A stretch of 64,000 bases of DNA, taken from contig OZ246395.1 of the NCBI GenBank assembly GCA_965230915.1, positions 858,431 to 922,430 of the forward strand, given 5' to 3'. The notes under the pieces were generated by a model. The model was given only the letters and a program-made list of their open reading frames with translations. It was not told the origin of the DNA and searched no databases. This DNA is from an uncultured Candidatus Saccharibacteria bacterium (GTDB taxonomy: Bacteria; Patescibacteriota; WWE3; 2-01-FULL-39-13). The translations under genes and the position numbers were made by a program. Numbering within the stretch: the stretch's first letter is position 1; every line of letters begins with the position of its first letter. Shown here piece after piece: positions 34,782 to 45,467 of this stretch.

Positions 34782-36203
34782 TTAGTTTTCTACCCTTTGA
34801 AAAAGTATTCTTGAAGGTTTAACTTCGACATTATCAAAAGTTGATCTGATTTCTTGCGCTGCTTCTGGAATAATTGGCCCAGCCAAAACAGCAATCGTCA
34901 AAATTCTATTAATAACATCTCGTAAAATAATATCCTTGTCTTCTCCTGTTTTTTTCCATGGTTCCTGCGCACTTAAATATTCGTTTGCTTCGACGACTAG
35001 TCTATGTATTTCAGCAATTACATCTTGAAGTCTGAAATTTTCGTAAGCATCTTTTAACTCGGCGTATTGAGCTATCAAATCTTTGAATGGAACATCGAAT
35101 AAAGCATTTTCAAAAGTTCTACCTTCAGCTAATTTTGAAACTCTTGATACAAGATTTCCGAGTCCATTTGCTAAATCAGCATTATATTTTTCTGTAAACC
35201 ATTTAAAGCTGACATCACTGTCATCACTGTATGGCATGCTGGCTGCAATTAAATAACGTGTACCGTCGATTCCATATTTATCCATTAATTCTTGTGGTGA
35301 AATCACATTTCCCAAAGATTTACCCATTTTCTTGCCTTCAACATTGTAATGACCATGAACGTAAACTTTTTTTGGAAGCGGCAAATCGAGCGCCAACAAC
35401 AATGATGGCCAAATTACCGTGTGAAACCAATTGATTCCCTTTCCAACAAAATGAACATCTGCCGGCCAGAAATCTTCTTTATCCCAAATTTTTGTAGCCG
35501 AGTAGTAGTTCATTAAGGCTTCGGTCCAAACATAAGTTGTGTGTGATGGATCCCAAGGCAATGGAATTCCCCACGCAATATTTTTTCGAGAAATTGATAA
35601 GTTGCGAACTTCGTCTTGTAAACGAGCCAGCATTTCGTTTTTCTTATTTTCAGGAACAACCGGAAATTCCCCGCTTTCGATTAATCTCTTAACCTCTGGA
35701 ATATATTTTGAAATATTAAAGAAATAACTTTCTTCTTCTCGATAAACGATCTGATCTGGTCGGTGCTCAGGACATTTTCCGTCTACTAAATCTTTATCTG
35801 CTTTGAATTCTTCGCAGCCAATACAGTACATACCTTTATATAAGTCTTTATATATATCCCCTTTGTCGTAAAGTTTTTCCAAAAGTTCTGAAGCTACTTT
35901 TTTGTGACCATCAGAAGAAGTTCGCATAAATTGATCGTTTGATATATTTAATTTTTCCCAGTATTCCTGCCATTTTTTAGCTAAATCATCAACAAAAACC
36001 TGCGGGGTTAAACCTGCTTTTTCTGCTGATAAGGCAACTTTTTCACCATGTTCGTCGGTTCCGGTTAGAAAAAACACATCACGTCCTAAGGCCCTTTGGT
36101 ATCTGGCGACAATGTCTGCAAAGACAGTCGTTCCCGTATGCCCAATATGGGGAACATCATTTGCGTAATAAATTGGAGTTGTTATGTAAAATTTGGTTGC
36201 CAT
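34782..36203 (-). CDS. metG: Methionyl-tRNA synthetase (short form)
   Basis: FYITTPIYYANDVPHIGH (HIGH) and KMGKSLGNV (KMSKS) motifs; length fits minimal MetRS. Confidence 0.85.
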   Translation of the reverse strand: MATKFYITTPIYYANDVPHIGHTGTTVFADIVARYQRALGRDVFFLTGTDEHGEKVALSAEKAGLTPQVFVDDLAKKWQEYWEKLNISNDQFMRTSSDGHKKVASELLEKLYDKGDIYKDLYKGMYCIGCEEFKADKDLVDGKCPEHRPDQIVYREEESYFFNISKYIPEVKRLIESGEFPVVPENKKNEMLARLQDEVRNLSISRKNIAWGIPLPWDPSHTTYVWTEALMNYYSATKIWDKEDFWPADVHFVGKGINWFHTVIWPSLLLALDLPLPKKVYVHGHYNVEGKKMGKSLGNVISPQELMDKYGIDGTRYLIAASMPYSDDSDVSFKWFTEKYNADLANGLGNLVSRVSKLAEGRTFENALFDVPFKDLIAQYAELKDAYENFRLQDVIAEIHRLVVEANEYLSAQEPWKKTGEDKDIILRDVINRILTIAVLAGPIIPEAAQEIRSTFDNVEVKPSRILFQRVEN

Positions 36204-36262
36204 TGCGCTAATTATACGCTATCGACTATTTTTTTCAAAAAGACATATACAGTAAAGAAAAT

Positions 36263-36958
36263 CTACTGCTGCGGCATTTGTGGGTTCTGAGGCATCTGAC
36301 TTGGATCAGCAAAAGGGTTAACCCCCAATTGTGTGTTGTACCCAGGATTAACTCCAGGCCTTAATGCATTAGGATAATTAATATCAGTTTTTACATTCAT
36401 AGAAGACTGCTTTAAATTCTTAAATACTTCATAAGGATCTTTTACACTATCTAATTCGTAAGGCTTGGCATATGTGCCACCTTTAGAAGTAGTTCCATAA
36501 GTGCCTGCCGTAGAAATCAAAATTGATCCCGTACCTTGAGCAAAAATCATATCAAAAAAGTCGATGTTTACTGATGCATTTGAAATTTGGTCGAAATCTA
36601 CCATATTAAAATCACGACCTATTAATCCTTGCTGAATCAGAACCCTTTTATCAGTTATTGCGTAATGGGTGTGACGGTGAACAAGTAACCTGTAGATAGG
36701 ACCCGAAAACATCATTAAAGGGCCGATATAAATATGCGGTATAAAAAGCACATACCAGAAGCTTGATATATCGGTGGTTTGCCAGTCTACGGAACCTACA
36801 AAAGCCCCTCCGAATGCACCAAATATTATAACTGACCAAAAAAGTCCAAAAATAAAAGTACCGCACCCGGCTAAGTTAAATACAAAGGGTAAAAATGCTG
36901 GTCGGCCTTCCCACAATACTTTTTCATTTGGATCTATTACTTTTGCTAATTCGTTCAT
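36263..36958 (-). CDS. Membrane protein with bacterial PH (bPH_2/YdbS-like) domain and Pro/Gln-rich C-terminus
   Basis: Two TM helices, then YAITDKRVLIQQGLIGRDFNMVDFDQISNASV typical of bPH_2. Confidence 0.6.
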   Translation of the reverse strand: MNELAKVIDPNEKVLWEGRPAFLPFVFNLAGCGTFIFGLFWSVIIFGAFGGAFVGSVDWQTTDISSFWYVLFIPHIYIGPLMMFSGPIYRLLVHRHTHYAITDKRVLIQQGLIGRDFNMVDFDQISNASVNIDFFDMIFAQGTGSILISTAGTYGTTSKGGTYAKPYELDSVKDPYEVFKNLKQSSMNVKTDINYPNALRPGVNPGYNTQLGVNPFADPSQMPQNPQMPQQ

Positions 36959-36968
36959 TGTGTAAATT

Positions 36969-37265
36969 TTATATTAAATTGAAGAATTTCTGTATTAGCA
37001 AAATAACAACAGCTAAAAGGCCAATAATAATAGATTTCTTAAATTGCCTTCTATACATATCTCGCGGAGTTTCAAAACTTCGCAACTTTGAAAAGCTGTA
37101 AAAAACGATTGAAGCAATTAGGGTCGCAATTATTCCGATTAAAACGATCATTAGTACGACCCAAAAAATGTTTGGCTCTATATTTAAAAGCAAATATAAA
37201 GTTGCTGTAAGCAAAGCTAAAGTTATCGCAATGATTGTAATAATAAAATTACCTCGTGAGGTCAT
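36969..37265 (-). CDS. Small 2-TM membrane protein
   Basis: 98-aa ORF with two long hydrophobic helices. Confidence 0.5.
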   Translation of the reverse strand: MTSRGNFIITIIAITLALLTATLYLLLNIEPNIFWVVLMIVLIGIIATLIASIVFYSFSKLRSFETPRDMYRRQFKKSIIIGLLAVVILLIQKFFNLI

Positions 37266-37337
37266 AAGAGAATTTTAGCATTCTGCCGGAATCGTATCCT
37301 CTAGACATTTTCGGGTTTTTGAGGGATATTACCGTCT

Positions 37338-38471
37338 ATGGATCCTACCCTATTATTCATACTCTCAATATTCGTCACTGTCGCCCTATTCGGGTTTTTG
37401 ATCTATTTCATCAGCACTCAATTTAAAAAGCTTTCTGAAAAAGAAGTAGATAGCAAAAAAGATGAGATGCTAAACGAATTCTTGCGAGGCATGCAAACTA
37501 ATTTGAACGACCGTTTGCAAGGCGTTCAAGGCACAATGGACGAACGTTTGAAACATGTTACAGACCAACTTTATACAACCACAGATGTGTTAAATAAACG
37601 TGTCGATGAATCCTCAAGAAATATGAATGATAGGCTAGATAATGCAGCTAGAGTAATTCAAGGCGTACAAAAAGAGCTTGGATCAATGAGTGAAATTGGA
37701 CGTGGCATGAAAGATTTACAGGACTTCTTAAAATCTCCTAAATTACGTGGAAATATTGGTGAAGAAGTTCTAAAAGATATTCTGCAACAAATGTTACCCG
37801 CAGAAAATTTTGCACTTCAACATACGTTTAGAACTGGCGATCGTGTTGATGCCATATTAAAGGTTCATGAAGGTCTAATTTGTGTAGACTCAAAATTTCC
37901 ATTAGAAAATTTTAATGCGATGATTCAATCTGAAACCGCAGAAGAGCGCGAGTCTTCAAGAAAAGAATTTACAAAAAATGTAAAAAAACATATCGATGAT
38001 ATTTCCAAAAAATATATTTTGCCGGACGAAGGCACCGTCGATTTTGCTTTAATGTATATTCCGAGCGAAGCAATTTATTATGAAGTTGTTGTTAACAATG
38101 ATGAACTCGGAAAACACGCTCGTAATAAACGAGTCATTCCAGTTTCCCCGAATGTTATTTATTCTTATTTTAAAGCGATATTAATTGGACTTGAAGGTAA
38201 AAAAATTGAATCACGCGCAAAAGAAATTTTGTCGACTCTTCGAAGTATTAAAGAGGATTCAAATAGATTTAGCGAATCGTTACGCGTTATGTCTAAGCAT
38301 TTAACAAATGCAAAAAATTCCGCAGACGAAGTTAATAAAACATTTGAGAAATTAGATAATCGTATCGGATCACTAAACAAAATTGGTGAACTTGCTGCCG
38401 ATGTTAAAGAATCGTCAGAAATTATTTCTGATGTTGCCGAATCAGATGATGGCGTTCAAAGATTAATCTGA
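37338..38471 (+). CDS. rmuC: DNA recombination protein RmuC
   Basis: N-terminal TM plus coiled coil; conserved RmuC core GEEVLKDILQQMLP...RTGDRVDAILKVHEGLICVDSKFPLENF. Confidence 0.8.
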   Translation: MDPTLLFILSIFVTVALFGFLIYFISTQFKKLSEKEVDSKKDEMLNEFLRGMQTNLNDRLQGVQGTMDERLKHVTDQLYTTTDVLNKRVDESSRNMNDRLDNAARVIQGVQKELGSMSEIGRGMKDLQDFLKSPKLRGNIGEEVLKDILQQMLPAENFALQHTFRTGDRVDAILKVHEGLICVDSKFPLENFNAMIQSETAEERESSRKEFTKNVKKHIDDISKKYILPDEGTVDFALMYIPSEAIYYEVVVNNDELGKHARNKRVIPVSPNVIYSYFKAILIGLEGKKIESRAKEILSTLRSIKEDSNRFSESLRVMSKHLTNAKNSADEVNKTFEKLDNRIGSLNKIGELAADVKESSEIISDVAESDDGVQRLI

Positions 38472-38566
38472 GATGCCTTCGCATAGCTACGGCTACCTTT
38501 TTAAAACAATTGATGATATAGATATATAAAGTTCAATTGTTTTAAAAAGTAGATTAAACTATTCAT

Positions 38567-39397
38567 ATGGATATTTCAAAATTACAAAATAAAAATGGCT
38601 TTATAAAAATTGCAGCCATGGACCACCGCGATTCTCTTAAAAAATTAATTCCCGAAGAAAAATTACCAGATTTTAAAGAACTATTAACCAAAACATTTGC
38701 TCCATACAGTACTGCTATTTTAGTTGACCCGGAATATGGAATACCAGCAATTAGAGCAGCCGAAGAAGCAAAAATTGCGGTAATGTTAACACGCGAGAAA
38801 ACCGGATATGTTGATAACCCAGATGGACGCGTTACAGAATTATATACAGATTATGATTCGAAAATTTTAAAAGAAATGGGAGCCGATGCAGTTAAAATTC
38901 TCTTATACTACAGCTCGAAATCCCCGAATAAGAGTGCACAACTTGATGTTATAAAAAAAGTCAGGGAAGAAACTATTGCTGAAAATTTGCCATTTTTGAT
39001 CGAACCAATTACGTACGAGGTAAAAGGCCAGTCATACAATAAAGCTGACGAAACAATTAATGCTGTGAAAGATTTAACAGGCTTTTGCGATATTTTGAAA
39101 TTAGAATTTCCTATCGAGGTCGCAGAAGACGGATCAAATATAGAAGAAGCCAAAGAAATATTACAAAAAATTAAAGATACGACTACAGTTCCTTGGGTTT
39201 TATTAAGTCGGGGAATGAAATACGAAAATTACAAAAAAGCGCTAGAACTATGCAAAGAATATGGATGCGTCGGTTTTGCCGTAGGGCGAGCGGTATGGCA
39301 AGAAGTTAATGATCAACCAAACTGGGTTGCTATCGAAAATTTTGTAAAAACAACAGCAACCGAACGTATGAAAGAGTTAAGCGGAATTTATTCATGA
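38567..39397 (+). CDS. Class I aldolase (LacD/DhnA-like fructose/tagatose-bisphosphate aldolase family)
   Basis: IAAMDHRDSLKKL resembles the LacD/DhnA N-terminal motif; TIM-barrel size; adjacent to pgk. Confidence 0.55.
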   Translation: MDISKLQNKNGFIKIAAMDHRDSLKKLIPEEKLPDFKELLTKTFAPYSTAILVDPEYGIPAIRAAEEAKIAVMLTREKTGYVDNPDGRVTELYTDYDSKILKEMGADAVKILLYYSSKSPNKSAQLDVIKKVREETIAENLPFLIEPITYEVKGQSYNKADETINAVKDLTGFCDILKLEFPIEVAEDGSNIEEAKEILQKIKDTTTVPWVLLSRGMKYENYKKALELCKEYGCVGFAVGRAVWQEVNDQPNWVAIENFVKTTATERMKELSGIYS

Positions 39398-40599
39398 TAC
39401 TAACACATAAAAAACAACTCAGACAATTAAAAGATTTTGATATTAACGGCAAAACAATTTTGTACCGTTCTCCATATGACATTGGGGCGAAAGAAGTTGA
39501 TGGAGAATTTGTAATAAAAGATGATTCGCGAATTGTCGCAACACTTCCAACTTTAAATTATTTGCTTGAACAAAACTGTAAAATTGTAATTATTACTTAT
39601 GTTAAAAGACCTGAAGGGTATGATCCATCAATGTCGACTGCTCCACACGCAATTGCGCTATCAAAATTATTAGATCATCCAGTAAAACACATTTCAGATT
39701 GTATCGGAGAAAAACGCAAAGAAGCAATCTCTAAAATGCAGCCAAAAGATATTTTAATGTTAGAAAATGTTCGTTTTTATGCTGAAGAAGATGAAGCCGA
39801 TGTTGATTTTGCTAAAAGATTAACAGAAGATTGTGACTTTATTGTATTTGACGGATTTCCACAAGCCCATCGCGTAAATGCTTCTACAACTGGAATTTTA
39901 GAATACTTGCCATCGTGCGCAGGGTTTTATTTTGAATCAGAATATACCGCGCTGCATAATTTATTAGACAAATATAAACATCCATTCACTTTAGTGATTG
40001 GCGGAGCGAAAGTCTCAGATAAAACCGAAGCGATTTATAACTTATATTCTAGTGTCGATGAAATCTTAGTCGGAGGAGGACCAGCAAATGTTTTTTTAAG
40101 CGCACGGGGGATTGATATGTCCGCTTCATTAACTGAGAATTTTCAAATAGATGAAACAAAAATCGAAAAAATAAAAGTTCCAGATGATTTAGTTATCGGA
40201 AACGGCCTAGAAAATCCGACCGAATCAGAAATATTTTCTACGCAAAGTTCAATTGTTCCAAGCGGATGGGCTGCTTTAGATATCGGACCGGAAACCGCAA
40301 ATGAATATGCTGAAATAATAAAAAAATCAAAAACTGTTTTTTGGGCAGGCCCAATGGGAATGTTCGAAAACGATTTATTTGCAGGAGGGTCTAAGGTAAT
40401 CGCACAAGCAATGTGTGAGACTTCAGCTCAAACAATAGTTGGCGGGGGCGACACAATCGAAGCACTAAATAAATTTGGAGACACATCAAAAATTGATCAT
40501 GTAAGCTTAGCAGGTGGAGCAACCCTAGATTTTCTTGCAGGCAAAACCCTTGCAGTTATAGAATTACTACAAGGCGATAATAAAATCGCCTCACAATAA
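39394..40599 (+). CDS. pgk: Phosphoglycerate kinase
   Basis: LVIGGAKVSDKTEAIYNL and VGGGDTIEALNKFG PGK signatures. Confidence 0.9.
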   Translation: MILTHKKQLRQLKDFDINGKTILYRSPYDIGAKEVDGEFVIKDDSRIVATLPTLNYLLEQNCKIVIITYVKRPEGYDPSMSTAPHAIALSKLLDHPVKHISDCIGEKRKEAISKMQPKDILMLENVRFYAEEDEADVDFAKRLTEDCDFIVFDGFPQAHRVNASTTGILEYLPSCAGFYFESEYTALHNLLDKYKHPFTLVIGGAKVSDKTEAIYNLYSSVDEILVGGGPANVFLSARGIDMSASLTENFQIDETKIEKIKVPDDLVIGNGLENPTESEIFSTQSSIVPSGWAALDIGPETANEYAEIIKKSKTVFWAGPMGMFENDLFAGGSKVIAQAMCETSAQTIVGGGDTIEALNKFGDTSKIDHVSLAGGATLDFLAGKTLAVIELLQGDNKIASQ

Positions 40600-40600
40600 T

Positions 40601-41422
40601 ATGAACATAGTAATCGATATGGGTGGCACAAATACAAGAATAGGTTTTACAAAAGATTCGGTTGAATTCGAAGCGATTGAACGTTTCCCTACGCCACAAA
40701 CTCAAGAAGATACTCACGCAAAAATTACGCAAACGCTTAATAAAATCGATGAAAATATAAATTCCGTAATACTAGGCGTCGCTGGAGTTGTAGATTATAC
40801 GAGCAACAGAATTGTGAACGCGACAAACATTGCTTGGATCGAAAACATGACCCCCGAAGAAGTAACCGGAATCAAAAATGTGAGGGTCACTCCATTTAAT
40901 GACGCTGAACTTGCCGGGCTTGCCGAATCGTATCAACCTTACGCCACAAATTATCGACATGTTGTTTATATAACACTCAGCACCGGAGTCGGTGGCACTC
41001 TTATAAAAGGCAAAAAGCCTGCTCGCGCAAATTTCACCTATGAGCCAGGTCATATGATCATAGATAAATCTTTTATTATTGATAATCCGCCAGATAAAAT
41101 TCAAGGATCATTCGAAAACTTATGTTCGGGAACTGCATTCATGAAACGATATAACCTACCGCCGGAAAGCTGTAACAAACAAGATATTTGGAACGAATAT
41201 GGAACAAATGTTGCATGCGGATTACACAATCTAATTCTGCTTTGGCAACCTGATGCAATCGTTATTGGCGGAAGCATGACCAAACAATGGGACAAATTCT
41301 ATAATGCACTTATACAAAAATTAAATTCATTCCCAACCTATGCTATGCGACCAAAAATTATTAGGTCAGAGCTTGATGATACTAATGGTTTACAAGGTGG
41401 ATTGAAAATTTTAAATGGATAA
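40601..41422 (+). CDS. ROK-family sugar kinase (glucokinase-like)
   Basis: N-terminal IDMGGTNTRIG ATPase motif; ~270 aa. Confidence 0.55.
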   Translation: MNIVIDMGGTNTRIGFTKDSVEFEAIERFPTPQTQEDTHAKITQTLNKIDENINSVILGVAGVVDYTSNRIVNATNIAWIENMTPEEVTGIKNVRVTPFNDAELAGLAESYQPYATNYRHVVYITLSTGVGGTLIKGKKPARANFTYEPGHMIIDKSFIIDNPPDKIQGSFENLCSGTAFMKRYNLPPESCNKQDIWNEYGTNVACGLHNLILLWQPDAIVIGGSMTKQWDKFYNALIQKLNSFPTYAMRPKIIRSELDDTNGLQGGLKILNG

Positions 41423-41915
41423 TCTACATGCAAAATACAATTTACCTTTTACAATCTGCTTCTGCACAAATGGCAATAAAGTTTTGATGTTATATAGAAA
41501 TAAAAGGCCAAACGCAAATAAATGGAATGGCGTAGGGGGAAAACTAGACGAAGGTGAAAGCCCCGAAGAATGCATAATTAGAGAAGTTGAAGAAGAAACT
41601 GGTATAAAACTATTAACAAATGAAGTCTCGTTTCGAGGAATAGTCACATTCTCAAATGGTGGAGGGATGTATGCATACGTTGCAGATCTGAATAGCGATG
41701 GATCTGTATTTGAAGATCAATTAGAAACCCGTGAAGGTCAACTCGAATGGAAAGATATCGAATGGGCACGTGATTTAGAAAATACTGAAGTTGTTTCCAA
41801 TATACCCTACTTCTTACCACTGATGCTAAACCAAACTGTAGCTGAATATAAATGCGTTTATGATGAAGATGGTAAGTTAGAAGATTTTACAGTTTCAGAA
41901 TTAGATTTTAGATAA
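41415..41915 (+). CDS. NUDIX hydrolase
   Basis: Nudix box GGKLDEGESPEECIIREVEEETGI. Confidence 0.85.
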   Translation: MDNLHAKYNLPFTICFCTNGNKVLMLYRNKRPNANKWNGVGGKLDEGESPEECIIREVEEETGIKLLTNEVSFRGIVTFSNGGGMYAYVADLNSDGSVFEDQLETREGQLEWKDIEWARDLENTEVVSNIPYFLPLMLNQTVAEYKCVYDEDGKLEDFTVSELDFR

Positions 41916-41916
41916 T

Positions 41917-43020
41917 TTAATTATCGGCTGAAGTCTCGTACAATGCTCTCGCCGTATCCCAGAAATATGGATTATTGTTGTGTTCTTTTTCCCATAACCA
42001 CCATTCAGCTCCCCATAAATACAAACGCTTAAAACCGGCACTTTGCGCATAACTTAATGTGGCATAAAAATCAGACTTCGACATTGTTTTGTTTTTTTCT
42101 TCTTCAGATAAAACAGAGTTTATACCAGGTCCCCATGGTTCAGCTTGAAGTTCAGTCACAAAAACTTTTTCATATGGAATTCCAAGTGTTGCAGCTTTTA
42201 TTTTGTAAGACCAGAAAGGTAGTGGATATTGAAAGTAAATAAATTTACCGCCAAAAATTCCCCAGAAGTCGTACCAGATTCGACGATACATCGAAATTGA
42301 AAGGTAGTCACCGGTGTGATAGCTCGGATACCAAAGTCCGCCTTCTCCACTATCTTGAATAAGAATTGGTCGCGAATCTAAGTTTCTAACAATTTGTACC
42401 TCATGGTCGACTTCGGCTTTCTGAATATCTTTTTGGCATTCTCCAAATGGAAAATATGGCTCATTTTCAACCTGCCAAATTTCGATATTATCGTACTGCT
42501 TTAATTCGGTCACAGTTTGCTCAATGTATTCATACAGCTCTAATTGGCGAGTTTCACGATCAGGAATATCTTTCCACCATTGAGGTTCAAAACACTCTGG
42601 CCAGCGCGGAGCTTTACGCCCAAATGCCAAAATAACTTTAGCGTTACGTTTCTGCGCTTCTTCGACCTGCCATTTAATCATTGAGTAATCGTATTTATCT
42701 CGGCTCGGCTCGACTTCGTCCCAATAAGCAGTTAAGCGCAAATTTCGGACCTTTAAGTCATCTAACATCTTTATATAGGTATCGCGCCAGTCCATACCTA
42801 GTTCTTCGGCATATTTATTGCTAAAGGTTGTTCCATATTTAATATCAGTTTGTACTTTTGGAAAGAAAAAGAAAAGAAAAATAGTGGGGATAATAGCCAG
42901 GATCAAGATTACACCTATTATGATCTTAACTATACCTAGGCTTAGAATTTGTTTAATTAAATTCCACAGATTTCTAAACTGATCAGAAACAGTGGCAGGT
43001 TTTTTTCTAAAGAATTTCAT
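41917..43020 (-). CDS. Membrane-anchored TIM-barrel glycoside hydrolase (GH5-like)
   Basis: N-terminal TM; WQVENEPY (NEP acid/base motif); Trp/Tyr-rich barrel. Confidence 0.55.
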   Translation of the reverse strand: MKFFRKKPATVSDQFRNLWNLIKQILSLGIVKIIIGVILILAIIPTIFLFFFFPKVQTDIKYGTTFSNKYAEELGMDWRDTYIKMLDDLKVRNLRLTAYWDEVEPSRDKYDYSMIKWQVEEAQKRNAKVILAFGRKAPRWPECFEPQWWKDIPDRETRQLELYEYIEQTVTELKQYDNIEIWQVENEPYFPFGECQKDIQKAEVDHEVQIVRNLDSRPILIQDSGEGGLWYPSYHTGDYLSISMYRRIWYDFWGIFGGKFIYFQYPLPFWSYKIKAATLGIPYEKVFVTELQAEPWGPGINSVLSEEEKNKTMSKSDFYATLSYAQSAGFKRLYLWGAEWWLWEKEHNNNPYFWDTARALYETSADN

Positions 43021-43065
43021 GTGCTTAAAACATTATATTGGCTTTTTGAGAAACTTAAAAGCGGG

Positions 43066-44277
43066 CTAACTCGCATCGGCTACAGCGTTTTCTTTGCAAA
43101 TCTCGCCATAGTAATAACCTGATGGTCTTATTTCTCTGTCGAGGTTATGGTGACGTTTAATATGAACCAACCCAAATCTTGGCCAGAAACCGTGGTGCCA
43201 CTCATAATTATCAATAAGTGACCAATAGAAATATCCTTTTAATGGAACACCTTTCTCTATCGCTCTATGTGCTGCTGTTAACATATCCCTTAAAAATTCT
43301 TCTCTTAAAGCATCTTTGGAATCGGCGATTCCATTTTCAGTTATATATATGGGAACTTTATACTTTCTTAAAGTTAACAAAACGTCTTCCAGCCCAAGGG
43401 CATTAACCCACCATGTCAGGTCGCTTAATTTATCATTTGGATTATCTACTTTTAGATGCTTTAACCTATTGGTGAAATAATAATTTAATCCGATAAAATC
43501 ATTTTTCTTACCCAATGGCCATAAGAAAAATTCATTATTTAGGAAATATAAAATCCTACATGCAATTTTGTCGATCCAATGAAATTTATGTGTTCTAGAT
43601 TCATACCAAGCAATGTGCTTCACAATTCCGACTTTATATTTTTTATTTACTGATTTAATCGCATCATAAGCTTTACGATGAGAAAGCATCATTATTATTT
43701 GTGCAAAGAATGAATAGAATGGGTTAGTTTTATTCGGAGGCCACATTCCGCGCACATATGATTGCAAAACTAAAACCTGCGGTTCATTGATGGTCATATA
43801 AAAATCGATAGAATCTCCAAATTCTTTAGCACATTTTTTTGCGTATTTTGCAAAATAGTCAGGAGCCATTGGACTTATCCAACCGCCCTTTTTTGCAAAC
43901 CACAATGGATTTGTAAAATGATGTAATGTTACAAAAGTTTTTAAACCACGATCACGCGCAGCTTGAATCATTTTTTTATAGTGCTCGATTTCTTTTTCGT
44001 CGAACTTTCCTTCTTCTGGTTCGATACGTGCCCACTCTACAGAAAATCGTGTTGCGTTGTTATTTAGTTGTTTTGCAATATCAAAATCCTCTTCATAACG
44101 ATTATATGAATCGCAAGCTAAACCTGATGGCTCAAGTGGATATTCACGATTGTTAGTTTCATAGTCTTTACTGTATTCCCATTCCCACCAGTCTGAATTT
44201 TTGTTATTTCCTTCTATTTGATGTGCAGATGTTGCAGCTCCCCAGAAAAATCCCTCTGGAAATGTTAATTTTGGCAT
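43066..44277 (-). CDS. Glycoside hydrolase family 1 (beta-glucosidase / 6-phospho-beta-glucosidase)
   Basis: FPEGFFWGAATSAHQIEG, TINEP and YITENG signatures. Confidence 0.9.
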   Translation of the reverse strand: MPKLTFPEGFFWGAATSAHQIEGNNKNSDWWEWEYSKDYETNNREYPLEPSGLACDSYNRYEEDFDIAKQLNNNATRFSVEWARIEPEEGKFDEKEIEHYKKMIQAARDRGLKTFVTLHHFTNPLWFAKKGGWISPMAPDYFAKYAKKCAKEFGDSIDFYMTINEPQVLVLQSYVRGMWPPNKTNPFYSFFAQIIMMLSHRKAYDAIKSVNKKYKVGIVKHIAWYESRTHKFHWIDKIACRILYFLNNEFFLWPLGKKNDFIGLNYYFTNRLKHLKVDNPNDKLSDLTWWVNALGLEDVLLTLRKYKVPIYITENGIADSKDALREEFLRDMLTAAHRAIEKGVPLKGYFYWSLIDNYEWHHGFWPRFGLVHIKRHHNLDREIRPSGYYYGEICKENAVADAS

Positions 44278-45467
44278 TAGATTTCTTTTAATACTTCTTT
44301 ATAAACTTCTTCGACCTGCTGGGCTTTTGTGCTCCAACTATATAGGTCTTTTATGATAACTTTAGTAGATTCATAGTTAGATGGCCTTTTGTTAACCTCG
44401 ACTATTTTTTCTGCAATTGAATCGGCGCTTATTTTATCTAGAAAAACTAAGTTTGGCATTTCGTGTGCAACCTCAAAACCACTTGCGATAACTTTGCATC
44501 CTGATGATAAAGCTTCTAAAACAACTTTTGGCAAACCTTCATATGAAGATGGCAATGCAAAAATTCCGGCAGATCTGAAATATTTATCTATATCAAAATA
44601 AGAAACCTTCCCTATATATTTAATACGATCTTCTAGTGCATATTTTTTTATCATTTCTTCTACCTTATGCTTAAAATTAGGATCCCATTCTCCACACAAC
44701 ACTAATTTATATTCGGTTGGTAACTTTGCAATCGCCTCGACTAAGACATCTATATTCTTTCGTTTACTTAGCCTTCCGATATTTAACGTGACAACTGAAT
44801 CTGCGCTAAACCCAAAGTCTACCTTTTCACCGTGATCAGTAAAACGTTCGGCATCAACACCACTTTCTACAACATGAATATATTTGCTGTTTATATTATA
44901 AAATTCTTCTAATTCTTCAGCCAAACCTTTGCTTACTACAATAATTTCCTTGCAAACTTTTGTCATTAAATAATCAGAAAATTTATGGATCGGATATTCT
45001 ACAAATTTTGTTAAGAATGAAATTCTCGTATTTTGTTCTTTTATTGCGCGCTCTCTACCTTTTGCAACAATATGAAAATGACCGACTACAGGAGTTTTAT
45101 CAATAAATCCAAAAATATATTTATATAATAAAAACCAAACTCCTAAATGTCCATGATTATGAACAATATCAATTTTATTTTTTAGTTTTAGATAGAAATA
45201 ATATGGAACAACAAAAAGTGATGTTGTAAAAAAGGGGCCAATTCCACCAATCGCCCGTGGAAGATTAAACACTTCTATAAAATGTTCTTTTATGAAAATT
45301 CTTAACCGACCTGCTTTTAAGTTTTTGCCGTTTAAATTTCCGCACAAAACAAAAACAAAATGTCCGAGTTTAGTTTGTGCCTTCGAAAGCTCAAAAGGAG
45401 CCGGCGCCAAACCTTCAGTTATAACATTTTGATCGGGCCAATCATAAACAATTCTTAATATATTCAT
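44277..45467 (-). CDS. Glycosyltransferase family 4 (GT-B)
   Basis: C-terminal EGLPKVVLEALSSGCKVIAS (E-x7-E region). Confidence 0.8.
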   Translation of the reverse strand: MNILRIVYDWPDQNVITEGLAPAPFELSKAQTKLGHFVFVLCGNLNGKNLKAGRLRIFIKEHFIEVFNLPRAIGGIGPFFTTSLFVVPYYFYLKLKNKIDIVHNHGHLGVWFLLYKYIFGFIDKTPVVGHFHIVAKGRERAIKEQNTRISFLTKFVEYPIHKFSDYLMTKVCKEIIVVSKGLAEELEEFYNINSKYIHVVESGVDAERFTDHGEKVDFGFSADSVVTLNIGRLSKRKNIDVLVEAIAKLPTEYKLVLCGEWDPNFKHKVEEMIKKYALEDRIKYIGKVSYFDIDKYFRSAGIFALPSSYEGLPKVVLEALSSGCKVIASGFEVAHEMPNLVFLDKISADSIAEKIVEVNKRPSNYESTKVIIKDLYSWSTKAQQVEEVYKEVLKEI